DNA from: Chiloscyllium plagiosum
Taxonomy: Eukaryota
NCBI RefSeq assembly: GCF_004010195.1
Contig: NC_057753.1
Location: forward strand, 2,519,285 to 2,583,284
Length of the DNA stretch: 64,000 bases
Reading direction: 5' to 3'
Positions 13,037 to 24,318 of this stretch are shown in pieces. Each line of letters begins with the position of its first letter. Position 1 is the first letter of the stretch. The translations under genes were made by a program, and so were the position numbers. Below the pieces are notes generated by a model. It made no database searches. It was given only the letters and a program-made list of their open reading frames with translations, and was not told the DNA's origin.

Positions 13037-14523
13037 TCCTCTACTTGGAGTATGCTGCATTTTGAGCAAAGTAAATAAAGGACGATATTTGAACTTTGGA
13101 AATGGATAATGAAAATCGGGTAATATTCAATGTCTTTATGTCTGTCCAGACGAGTTTTTATATAAATCTCGATTAAATTAAAACTGGGATTAGTGCAAAG
13201 TGCTGCCAATTCGTTACTGGATAATTTGTGCATACTCCAATTATCGGCAGTTAATTGATGTCGTTCCCCAGAACTTCCATTGGGGCCTATGATTCCAGTG
13301 AATTTTTAAAGGGCATATGAAAACAGCTCGAAGCAAGGAGAATCATTTCAGCTCCATCGCGTGTTCCCAGATATCATACTGGACATTGTATTCTCTCTGG
13401 GGACATTCCTGGGAAACTATGCCTTGATATTGGAGTGGGATAGTGCAGTTAGACAAATAAAGTAGCACGTTTCATGTGATTAAGTTGTCATGCTATACTC
13501 ACTGTGATTTCAACACCATTTGTTCAGTCAGTCATGCTTTTATTGAGATTTTTAAATAGAACATAGAACAGTACAGTAGAGGAACGGGTCCTTCCGCCAA
13601 CCCCAAATTAGACTAATCCCTTCTGCCTTACCTTTGTCCATATCCCTCCATTCTTACATTATTATATGCGTATCTAAAAGTCCCTTTAACGTCCCTATCG
13701 TATCTGCCGCCAGCACCATCCCTCGCAGCGCGTTCAAGACTCCTCCCACTCTCGGTTTTAAAGAATTGCCTCTCACATCTCGTTTGAAATTTCACTTTCG
13801 AGCCTTAGTGTTAGTGATAACTTTAGTATTGCTCCCTAGTATTAGAACAGTTATGGGAACCATTCAATGAAATGAAAAGTTAGACGGGACTCATGCAGAG
13901 GATCTGGTTATTCGACAGGGCTGTGGAAAACAATGTGTGGCCCAATCAGGTCATTTAAAGCTGCGATGATTAAAGTATTGTCTTTCTTTTGAAACAAGAC
14001 TCGTGGAAATCTCGAATTATTTCGCCAGCAGAGGCAGCGATGGTTTTATATAATTCCATCTGTCAATGTCAATATCAATAGACATTTTTCATTTGTAAAC
14101 TTGTAGGGATATATCAGAACAGAGTAATGGTTGAAAGTGTAAACAAAAGTTTCACGATCAAGTCGATCAACTCAATTTTCAAATTTGTAGTCACCAGACG
14201 ATTTGCAGGTATTTTGGAAAGACTAAGGGCTTACTATTGCTCACAGGTGAATGAGAAACCTTCCAGATTTAGTTCTGAACAGTGAGATTTTAATGTGTCA
14301 TGAAACATTGCAGCAGTGCATCAGGGAGTTCGTAAGGTGGACAAGATCTGAATCCATGTTATGAACTTCCGTTCAGTCGAGGGAAAGTTAATTTCCGGTT
14401 GGCACTATTTCGGGAAAATATGGATTTAATTTGATAACAAACTACATAACTTTCGATTGAGCTGTTATATGAATGCACTGTCATTCCAGTCCCTGGGTTC
14501 CCATAACTAACCAGATTTCACTC

Positions 14524-14824
14524 AGAATCCGAGAATCCCTACAGTTATTCGGTCCATCAAGTCTCTACCGACTCTCCAAAGAGCATCCCAATCAGACTGT
14601 CCCCGCCTCCCCCATACCCTATCCCTGCATTTCCGTTGACCATTCCACCTAGCTGATACGTCCCTGGATACTGCAGGCAATTTAGTACGGCCAATTCACC
14701 TCACCTGCACATCTTTGGACTGTGGGAGGTGACACGGAGGAGCACCCATAGGAAACAACGCAGGCACAGGGGAAAATGTGTAAACTATACAGAGACAATC
14801 GCCCACGAGTGGAATCGAACCCGG
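14524..14824 (-). mobile_element. HE1-type SINE, degenerate
   Basis: ggccaattcacctcacctgcacatctttggactgtgggagg...ggaatcgaacccgg matches the 57567 copy. Confidence 0.8.
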
Positions 14825-16329
14825 AATTGTATCTCTTGCATCACATATGAATGTAACAAACTCTCAGTGAAATGCAGAGCACAGGCTGAGATTCTGATAG
14901 AAATCCTTGGATGACTCAGCGAAAAAGAGGGCTTCATTTCCTCTCAAAGGTTCAAGAATCTTTGGAACTCACTTCCTGAAGAAGATGGCTAAAACAGTGT
15001 TTTTGAACATGTTAAAGAGGTAGACATATCCTTGGTGTGGAAGTTTTGAATTTTATCTGGATAGAAGGGAAAGTGGACAATCAGATCATCTACTATCTCT
15101 TAAATTCTGGTGAAGTCTCCACCAGCCAGGTGGAGAACTTCTGCTCTAATTTAAATGTTTGTATGCATGAAGAACAGTAGCCATACGGAACTGGACAAAT
15201 TTAGGTTGAACGCCATCGTGCTCAATCGAATCCTGTCAACTCGAAAGATAAATAAGCAGGACTGGGCCTGTACACAGGAGCTTTGCTGCTCTGTGAGAGA
15301 TTGGCATTACTGAATGTGCTCGTTCTGAACTGATTACGACCACACTGAATATAATTCACCCAAACTGTACGTTAATAAACTGAATGAACTTGCCTTTTGT
15401 ACTGAAGGTGTCACCGTGCTGATTGCTGAAGCTCACAGTGATGGCATGGTTTACTAGACAGAATCTGTCCACACTGAAAGTTGGGCTCAATCTTGAGGTG
15501 CTCTGAAATGAACCCGGCTTTGACCGTAGAGTAAGCAATGCGATTGAACAGGATCTGACTATATTTAACCGTGATGATTGCGACATGTCCCCGACTGGAG
15601 AGGGCTAGTAGTATCGGACTCTTAACCATGTCAAATAGAATGGGACTAATCTGACCTTGGAATAAACACATGGAACACTTCTATGCTGAGCTCCACCAGT
15701 TTCTACTGAATATACAAATTTGGAACAGAATATTTTGACACCAAATATCTAAACTGAACCTCTTTCACACTGCACGCAACAACACTACACTGGAACTACT
15801 GTTGACCCGAGCCTGTCACTGGGAGCAAAATGGCAGTTGTCTGACGAAGTTCACACTGAGGTACTGGTGAAGAACTGGGCCTGGGGGCAACAAATGTTAC
15901 CAAGATTTACGGGAGTATCCATACTGAATATAATTAATCAGATTGTACCGTTTGAGCAGGTTTGAATCGCCTCGCATATGAATAATGATCACACTGACTG
16001 AATAATGATATGGGTGGCAAGTTGATAGCATTTGGTGTGTGGGTAAAATACGCTGTTTCTGTACACGTTTAGAGATGATTTTTGGTCTGCAATTATACCC
16101 ATTGCTTTTTTTTTTCTCTTGAATGAAGAAATATGACTGGGATTACTCTTCAGTATGTGTGCATTTAACAACGGAATCACGTCATTTGAGCAGCAGCTGC
16201 AATAATTTGCAGCAAACAAATTAATGTAAAACATTGAACAAAGTAATTATCTCCCTCGAGCACGGCACCACATATGAATATCATCTTCAGTCAATGAAAT
16301 GCAGAGTCATTCACAGCTTCACTATAGAA

Positions 16330-16399
16330 ATGCACGCAATACTGGCAGGTCCGGTTTTTAACATTTATTATCCTGTCCTTGCAGCAATCGGAGTTCCCG
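16330..16399 (+). CDS. gpr139-like: GPR139/GPR142-like GPCR, coding exon 1 (MHAILAGPVFNIYYPVLAAIGVP)
   Basis: ATG at 16330 (an alternative in-frame ATG lies at 16294). The YYPVLAAIGVP TM1 start is followed by the phase-1 donor CCCG|gtaaat, which joins in frame to exon 2 to give IGVP-A-NLM. The ORF track misses this exon. Confidence 0.9.
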
Positions 16400-16734
16400 G
16401 TAAATCATCGTAGATAATTTTTAGCTGCGTGAATAATGGGTCAGTTACATTAATTCTCTCACTTTACAGGGAACAGTACTCCCGTTACAAGTATATTTCC
16501 TCCCATTTACTGGAATAGCATTTCAAGCATCAGCAGTATAAGGGACGAATGTTGTTGAATGAATGTTATTTCTCTTCTTTGACAGGATGGATTATTCAAC
16601 TCTCTTAGTGTGAATTATTATTTTATGATGTCTTCACTTTGCTGACATAGGTTGGGGGCATCAGTGCTCTATCTTCGTCCTGTTATCAAAGCATGCCTTC
16701 CAGTTCATTCCTCGATTGCAGGCAAGCAAATTCG

Positions 16735-17960
16735 TATCCATAGTGAGTTTGTTTTGAAATCGCAAGGTGGTTTCGAACAGACTTCTTGAACTACTGCAGG
16801 AAACTTGCTGTAGTTAGATCTATAACTATGTGAGAAAGGGAGTTCCACGATTTTGACATAGTGGCAATGAACGAATTTGATATATTTGGAAGTCACCATT
16901 TTGAATGGTTTACAGAAGAACTGAATGGCGGTGCTCCCTTGTCCTTCTTTCTGGTATTGGTATTGCGTTTGGAAGGAAATGAACACGGAGCCTTGGTGAA
17001 TATTTGCAGTGCATCGTGTGGATAGTACATACTGCTGATACTGCGTGTTGGTTATGGAGATAGTGAACGCTTGAGGATGTGGCGCCAATCATGGAAGTTT
17101 CTTTACTTTCTGGATAGCGGCAATTTTCTTGTGTTTTTTTTTGGAGGTGCACGTATCTGGGCGAATGATTCGTCCCACGTAGCACACCAGGCCTATGCCT
17201 TTTAAGTGGCGAATAGGCTTCTGGGCAATCAGGAGGTTAGTTATTCACTGAATGATTCCGAAGCCTCTGACATTCTATTCTAGATACAGCACTACTTTGC
17301 TAGTCTCGGTCAGCACTTCTTGGATGCTGCGACATGAGATATTGGATCTTTCCTGAAGCAATCCCTTTTGGCACAGTGATAGCACTACTTTGCAGAGTTA
17401 ATAGCATTTTGAATGTGAGAACCAGACTTCATTACTCTGTGATTCTCATTACTACCAACACTGTTGTGGACTGTGTATATGCCACAGGCAAATTGGTGAG
17501 GTGAGATTAATATGATTCGCCCTCTTATTAGTTCTGTCACAACTTGCTGCTCGCCCAGTTCAACCACTATGTAATTTAGAACTTGACCAGGTCGGATGTT
17601 TGTCATGGACCTCAAAGTTTTTCACTCAAAGTACGTTCTGTGCTCTTGCCATAATCAGTGCCTTGTCCAAGTGGTGCCCAGCATGCCGAAGTACTGACTC
17701 CAAAACCAGCTAGTTAAAGGAGGATTGGCGTATTCATCAGCAGTAATTTTCAATGCCTGTGTTAGACCTGATGTCCTGAAATGTCACGGGATGTGCAATT
17801 AATGTTAACTACTCTCAGCGGGACTCCCTTCCAACTGTTTATTGCCATGCTACCACTTCACCTTCAGTCTAGCAGAAAAACAGTGCATAACCAGGGATGG
17901 TAATGGTGCAGTCAGAGACTTTGATTATAGATTATGTTTCCTTGATTATGATTATTGGAA
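16735..17960 (-). mobile_element. Old LINE (CR1/L2-group) fragment within the GPCR intron
   Basis: The reverse complement resembles 28330-29250 and 56110-56520. Confidence 0.55.
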
Positions 17961-18309
17961 ACTATTACTTGACAAGTCTGTGAGACCGATCACTAACATT
18001 CACAAGGCGAAGTCATTTAAGAGCAAACGACCTGGAGGTCAGAGCAGGTAAAGTCTGCAGTTTTCCTTCCCAAAAGGACATTAGTGAACAAGACACCTTC
18101 TTTCTGACAATTGTTCCATGGTTATCATTGGCTTTTTAATTCCAGATCTTTATGTCACGACATTACATTGTCGTCCAATTAGTCCGGCTCATATATAAGA
18201 TTGGATAATATTTAAAATGGAGACCTAATTTAATCGAGCGTAATAGATCAATTGAGACTTATAATTAAATCTCAAACATTGAACTTATATTGGGATCCTG
18301 TACAATACA

Positions 18310-18806
18310 TGATTGGAAAGAGTGCAGAAGAAATTTACAAAAATGTTTCCTGGACTCAAATGTCTGAACTATAGGGAGAGGTTAGACAAGCTAGGTTTTT
18401 CTTTCCTGTGGTGCGTGGGAGACTGAGGCAGATCTTATGGATGTATATAAGAGCATGAGAAGCACAGATAGAGTGAATGCACTCAGACTTTTTTTCCAGG
18501 GTTGAAGAATCGAGGATGAGAAGGCATCAGTTTAAGTTTGAGTGGAAAGAATAAAAGGGATCCTGAGGGGGCAACGCTTTTACACAGATGATGGCATGCA
18601 TATGAAAGAGTTAACAACAGAAATGGTTGAGGCAGATACATTAAGCACATTTAAAAGGCATTTGGACAAAAAGATGAATAAGAGGGTTTAGAAGGAACTG
18701 GGCCAATTGCAGGGAAATTATGTTAGGGTGTGAGGAAATGCTTTTGGCATGGACTGGTTTGGTCCAAAGGGCCTGTCTCCAAGCTGCAGGACGCTATGAC
18801 TCTATG
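18310..18806 (+). mobile_element. CR1/HER1 LINE 3' end within the GPCR intron
   Basis: ttggaaagagtgcagaagaaatttaca (LERVQKKFT)...aagggcctgtctcc...ctatgactctatg tail. Confidence 0.82.
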
Positions 18807-18907
18807 GATAAATTATAGGTAGAAGGAATAATTTGTCTGAATTAACTCTCCCCTACTTACAGATTTGCTACTTATCCTCTCTCCCCTTTTCCTTCTCTCT
18901 ATTGCAG

Positions 18908-19818
18908 CCAACTTGATGGTGGTAGTGATCCAGTCACAAAGAAGATGTGGTCTCGCCAGATGCGTCAATTACTATCTGGTGTCCATAGCCGTGGCAGATC
19001 TCTTTGTAATGGTTACAGTTGTTTTACTAAACAGGATTGCTGGACTTTATTTTCCATTCAGTTTCCTCTCTGTTACACCAATGTGCAGTCTTCGTTCTGT
19101 CTTAAACTACTCAGCCCTTGACGCTACTGTCTGGTTAACAGTTGCTTTTACATTTGATCGATACGTGGCCATTTCTTGCCAGAAGTTAAAATTAACATAT
19201 TGCACCGAGAAGATGGCAGCGTGGATTATAGGAATTATCTCTGCTCTAGCTTGTATAAAAAATGTCTTCTTGTATTTTCAATACGAACCTATGTACATAA
19301 TTAACAACATACCCTGGTTCTGTAGCATAAAAATAATTGTTTATACATCACCTGCATGGACTGCAAATGACTGGATTGCATTTATTTTGACACCTCTACT
19401 CCCATTTATTCTGATTATACTTCTTAATGCTTTGACAGTCAGATACATTCTAATCGCCAATAGGTCTCGCAAGAGAATCCGATCCCAGAGCAATACAGAA
19501 AGTCAGAGTGATCCAGAGATGATGAAGCGGAATAAGTCCATTATTTTACTGTTCACCATCTCCGGTAGTTTCATCCTGTTATATTTGCTATGTTTTATAT
19601 GGATCCCGTATATCCGATTTTCAAATGTAACTTACACTTCAGTTTCCAATTTCAGCAATTCTACATTTATAATCCAAGAAAGCGGATTTATGCTTCAGTT
19701 ATTAAGTTCCTCCATCAACCCTTTTATTTATGCTGGGACCCAGACTAAATTCAGAATGGAATTACGAAATGCGATGAATTATCCACTGAACCTCATCATT
19801 AAATCGTTTAAAACATGA
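18908..19818 (+). CDS. gpr139-like: GPR139/GPR142-like class A GPCR, coding exon 2 (end of TM1 to TM7 and stop); spliced protein 326 aa
   Basis: Pyrimidine-rich acceptor ccttctctctattgcag ends at 18907. The uninterrupted frame contains AVADL (TM2), TFDRY (TM3), LTPLLPF (TM5), SDPEM..R.KSIILL and SSINPFIY (NPxxY). The ORF-track start at 18865 is intronic. It resembles the expanded chondrichthyan GPR139-like family; one-to-one orthology is not established. Confidence 0.92.
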
Positions 19819-20836
19819 AAATTGCATGACTTAGCATGTCATGTCACAAACAGGTCTCTTTCACTGTCTACCCAGTTTAAAATCGTGTGACAATTTAAAA
19901 ATGTTTAAGGAGCTTTGCATTAAAGCATAAATCAAAATCTGTTCTCTTTTACTTTGTTGCTCTCACGAAGTTTCTCACTTTCACCTCATGTCTTTCCTAT
20001 GAGTTCAAGAATGCAAATTAGGCGGGTTGGGAAGAAGTGATCAATAGGAGTCATTGAAAAGAACACAGGTAATTGAACATTCTTATTTCCTGACACGAGG
20101 TCGATTGTTGGAATAATACATGACCTGTATGGTCTAAACCATAATACACAGGTATGTGCAGTCGATTAATGTGGTACATACACTTTCTAATTGCTTCATG
20201 AACTTCTCACACACAATACCCCACGTGCACGCATGAACACCGTGTTCTTAGCAGTAGGGAAGTGCAGCCCTACTCTATCCACTGCAGTGTTCACTTTCTG
20301 CGTCCTCAGCACTGGTCTCACCATGTGACTTTGCTTGCCATGCCTCTTCATAACAGAGCACAGCACTAACATTCAAATTCTTTTGTGACTTGATGTTATT
20401 TAGATGATGATTTGTTCTGTAAAATATTATCGAAGGCGAAAGGAGTGAAAATTTAATCTATTTGCATTCCAAAATTCTACAGATTTATAAATCATCGTCA
20501 AGTCAGAGAAGCTAACTGAAAGAAACAATTATAGTCTAGTTATAATTGATAAGGTGTTATTTAGATATCAATCAATTTTGTGTATCCCGCTAAATACTTT
20601 GGAACTCAGAGGCAATTCAGAAAACGATTAATAAATAGGGTAGCTAATCGATTGGCATTAATTTTGAATTATTAAATTTTGAAATTAAGCACATTTAACA
20701 TGGACTGTATGCAATGTCCTAAAATGAATTCTACAAGTTTCCTTGCTTTTTATACAAAATACTTTGCTAAGGATGCACTCTCCTTTTCAAAGACGGTCAA
20801 AGACAGTAGTTCTTTAATTATTTAATATAAAATTAA

Positions 20837-21000
20837 GAGAAAGTATGGACTGCAGATGCTGGAGATCAGAGTCAAAGAGTGTAGCACTGGAAAAGAGCAG
20901 CATCTGAGGAGCAGGAGAATCAACGTTTCGAGCGTAAGCTCTTCGGTTGCTACTGAACTGGCTAAGATTTTCTAGCGCTGCACACTTCGACTCTGATCTC
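20837..21000. mobile_element. Degenerate palindromic PLE-derived element, family A
   Basis: Begins gagaaagtatggactgcagatgctggagatcagagtc, like the 4861 and 9060 copies, and ends with the inverted gactctgatctc. Confidence 0.65.
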
Positions 21001-21159
21001 AGATGGCACAAGTGCTAGCCTTACCAGTCACTTGCTGATTGGGTGAATTGATAAAATATTTATTTTGATCTAACTCATTCCTGCATGACTAATTATGCAC
21101 CTTCTAAATTGTGAACTGCTCTCTAGTGACTTCTATTGTGATACCAGTAGGCCGTCCAA

Positions 21160-21275
21160 CACATGGTGGCTCAGTTGTTCGCACTGTTGCCTCACGGTGC
21201 CAGGGACCAGGGTTTGAGTCCAACCTCGGGTGACTCCCTCTGTTGAGATTATGCATTTTCTCCGTGTCTGTGTAG
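21160..21275 (+). mobile_element. HE1-type SINE 5' fragment
   Basis: catggtggctcagttgttcgcactgttgcctcacggtgccagggaccagggtttgagtcc (A and B boxes). Confidence 0.7.
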
Positions 21276-21857
21276 ATCCACGTCTGCTGACATCACAATG
21301 GAAGTCACGAAAGATCAGTTCACAATGTGGGGGCTCTGCATAATTAATATGCAGGAATGAGTGAGCGCAAAAGAAATACTTTATCAATTCGCCTGATCAG
21401 CACGTGACTGATAAGGCTCGCACTTTGCAATCCTGCTTTTTGTTTTCCTCTCTGATATCCCGAACGTATTTATCTTAGACAAAGTATTAAAACTTTTCAA
21501 AGTTTTATGATCTGGTTGTCGTTGTTGTCCGTGACCTCAATGACTGGTGAGTGAACAGCGAGCAATGATTTATTCATGTTTGGAGCAAGAAATGCGCCTC
21601 GTTACAAACAACCAATGTTTAATGCTGCTGTAGTAATTGGAACGAGATTGACTTCATTGACTACGAAATCGTTGATAAGGCTTGTTACCTTGGATCAATC
21701 AGGAAAGCCCTGGCTGACCAATGTAACCACCAGAAAATATAAGCACTATTGCCGTATGACAGCAGTATGGGAAGACAAAATTAAATGATAACCAAGAGAT
21801 TACAACCTCCTCAGCTGAAGGAAACAAATCTATATACGCAGAAGACTAAATATGGAT

Positions 21858-22165
21858 GCCCCGTGGCTCAATGGATAGCACTGCTGCATCTTAGAACCAA
21901 CAACACGTGTTCTATTCCAGCCTCTAATGACTATCCAGTGGAATTTGCACATTAGTGCCGCTCCTGTTTGTGTTTCCTCTGGTTTATCCGACATTCAAAG
22001 ATGTTCAGTTTAGATGAGTCGTCCAAGTTAAATTGCCCATAGAGGTCAGGGACGTAGGTTGTATGTATTAGTCAGGGGAAAGTGTCGAGTAATGCGTCTG
22101 GTTGGGTTAGTTCTTGGAGTGTCGGTGTGCACTTGTTGGGCCTGCTTCCACACTGTAGGGATTTT
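21858..22165 (+). mobile_element. HE1-type SINE, degenerate
   Basis: gtggctcaatggatagcactgctgc...taaattgccc...gggcctgcttccacactgtagggatt. Confidence 0.72.
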
Positions 22166-22348
22166 AATATTCTATGGTGACCTACTCAATCTAGGAGACA
22201 GTGTTTATGTTTGTGTGTGTGTGTGTGTTCATACATATTTAAAACCAGGAGAAAATATAAGTGATACTCCTTCATGGCAGTATTGAGGGGGAAGAAAATG
22301 TCTCTAACCGGGGATTAGAATGTCCTCAGTTGAGGAAAAAAATCTGTA

Positions 22349-22616
22349 ACCAGAAAATTAGAATCTATTCAGTTCAATGACTGAAGCCGAGTTGACTGGC
22401 CACAGCCAGTGAACTGTGCACAAGTAAATAAATGGTGACTTGGTGACGGGACACTTGTCTCTGTGCAGTAATTTCAATTTTAACATCTCACCAGAAGATT
22501 AGACTCTCGTCAGTTCAGAAAACTGAATCTCAAGTGGCTGGCCATAACCAATGTACTGTGCATAAGTAAATAAAGGGTGATCTGGTGATAGCATACTAGC
22601 CTCTGTGCAGTCATTT
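22349..22616 (+). repeat. Two diverged tandem copies (period about 141 bp) of an LTR-end-like sequence
   Basis: 22349-22476 and 22490-22616 share accagaa.attaga...tggcca.a.cca.tg.actgtgca.aagtaaataaa.ggtga.tggtga...tctgtgcagt.attt, each with AATAAA. Confidence 0.65.
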
Positions 22617-22757
22617 GGGTTGATCTTCGCGTTTCTTTGTCAATCTCTTAGTTCCTGATACTTTCATAGCTTCCATGACCATTCCACTTTTAATGATGAT
22701 TACCTCCGACTCCAAGACTTCCTGTTCTTCATCTATTGCCATTAGGATGGTTACATA

Positions 22758-24318
22758 CAAGGGAACCTCAATTATCTGAACGAGATGGGTTGGCAGTATT
22801 TCGTTCGGATGATCGATTATTTGGTTAATCAATTAAATGCCAATTATCTTGAGCTCGGAGTTTTTCAAGATTGTTATCTGTTCAGGAGACTGCAGCAGCA
22901 CACACAGCACGTGTGAGCCCTGCACCCGTCCAACACCGCCACCGGCCTGCTCCCTATACCCCGTCCAATGCAGCCCTACCACCGACACCATGCCCAAAAC
23001 TGCACACTGCCCGCTCCCCGCACTCCAACCCGTCTGACCCCAACCCCATNNNNNNNNNNNNNNNNNNNNNNNNNNNNNNNNNNNNNNNNNNNNNNNNNNN
23101 NNNNNNNNNNNNNNNNNNNNNNNNNNNNNNNNNNNNNNNNNNNNNNNNNNNNNNNNNNNNNNNNNNNNNNNNNNNNNNNNNNNNNNNNNNNNNNNNNNNN
23201 NNNNNNNNNNNNNNNNNNNNNNNNNNNNNNNNNNNNNNNNNNNNNNNNNNNNNNNNNNNNNNNNNNNNNNNNNNNNNNNNNNNNNNNNNNNNNNNNNNNN
23301 NNNNNNNNNNNNNNNNNNNNNNNNNNNNNNNNNNNNNNNNNNNNNNNNNNNNNNNNNNNNNNNNNNNNNNNNNNNNNNNNNNNNNNNNNNNNNNNNNNNN
23401 NNNNNNNNNNNNNNNNNNNNNNNNNNNNNNNNNNNNNNNNNNNNNNNNNNNNNNNNNNNNNNNNNNNNNNNNNNNNNNNNNNNNNNNNNNNNNNNNNNNN
23501 NNNNNNNNNNNNNNNNNNNNNNNNNNNNNNNNNNNNNNNNNNNNNNNNNNNNNNNNNNNNNNNNNNNNNNNNNNNNNNNNNNNNNNNNNNNNNNNNNNNN
23601 NNNNNNNNNNNNNNNNNNNNNNNNNNNNNNNNNNNNAACCCCCGCCCGCCGCATGCTACCCAATCCCATTCAACACCACCCCGCCATCCTCCTAACCCCA
23701 TCCAACACCTCACCCTGCCCCTTCCAACACCACCCCTGCCAGCCGCCAACACTATCTAAAATCTCCCCCGCCCGCCCCCAAACACCGTCCAACATCGCCC
23801 TGGCCCAACCCCATCCAAAACCTCCACCCATTCAATCTGCAACCCTATGCAACACCACCCTCTCCAAGTGTGCTCCAACCCCGGCCACCCCGCCCCCTCT
23901 CTGGGGCAGCCAGACTGGACATGAACAACACGACTGCTACTGCTGTTGCCTTTGTGGGGCGAATCTCCAAATAACACACATACAGACACACAGCCACAGC
24001 CACACACACAACTTTTTACTGCGTCTTTTTGACAGGACCCACGTTTTTCCTGTACAGGATAATGTTGGAGAGATTATCTGGGGAAGGGGGAGGGATGGTT
24101 AGAGCGCATGCCTGTGTCGAACTCCAGGGAAATTGAGGAGGAGCGGAAAGGACGGGAGGTAAGTTATTTGGAAACGTGCCTGTTTAATCACTGTAAACAA
24201 AAGACGTAATCACTGTTGGAAACACATATTTGATGCATTGTTTCTATCAGGACCTCGAGATCTCCTTCGGATAATACAATGTTTGGATATTGGTATTCAA
24301 ATAATCGAGTTTCCTCTG
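22758..24318. mobile_element. Tc1/mariner (pogo/Tigger-like) non-autonomous DNA transposon
   Basis: Terminal inverted repeats caagggaacctcaattatctgaa and ttcaaataatcgagtttcctctg match at 18/23, each flanked by TA (22756-57, 24319-20). The interior is C-rich, low-complexity and spans the N gap; no transposase is visible. Confidence 0.7.
23050..23636. other. Assembly gap (587 N)
   Basis: Run of N within C-rich low-complexity sequence; ORFs spanning it are artefacts. Confidence 1.

Noticed and set aside
13500-13506. Isolated CACTGTG 460 bp after the V
   Set aside because: No adequate nonamer at 12 or 23 nt and no J or D coding sequence follows.
14127-14285. Peptide VESVNKSFTI...AYYCSQV followed by cacaggtg, resembling an IgNAR/VH FR3
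   Set aside because: The spacing to YYC is wrong, there is no upstream Cys/Trp or nonamer, and the DNA matches a decayed CR1 3' end.
18865-18907. ORF-track N-terminus MLLILSPLFLLSIA looking like a signal peptide
   Set aside because: It is the intron polypyrimidine tract; the true N-terminus is exon 1 at 16330.
22833-24102. Long ORFs of 149-278 aa in the ORF track
   Set aside because: Artefacts of the N gap and C-rich low-complexity DNA.
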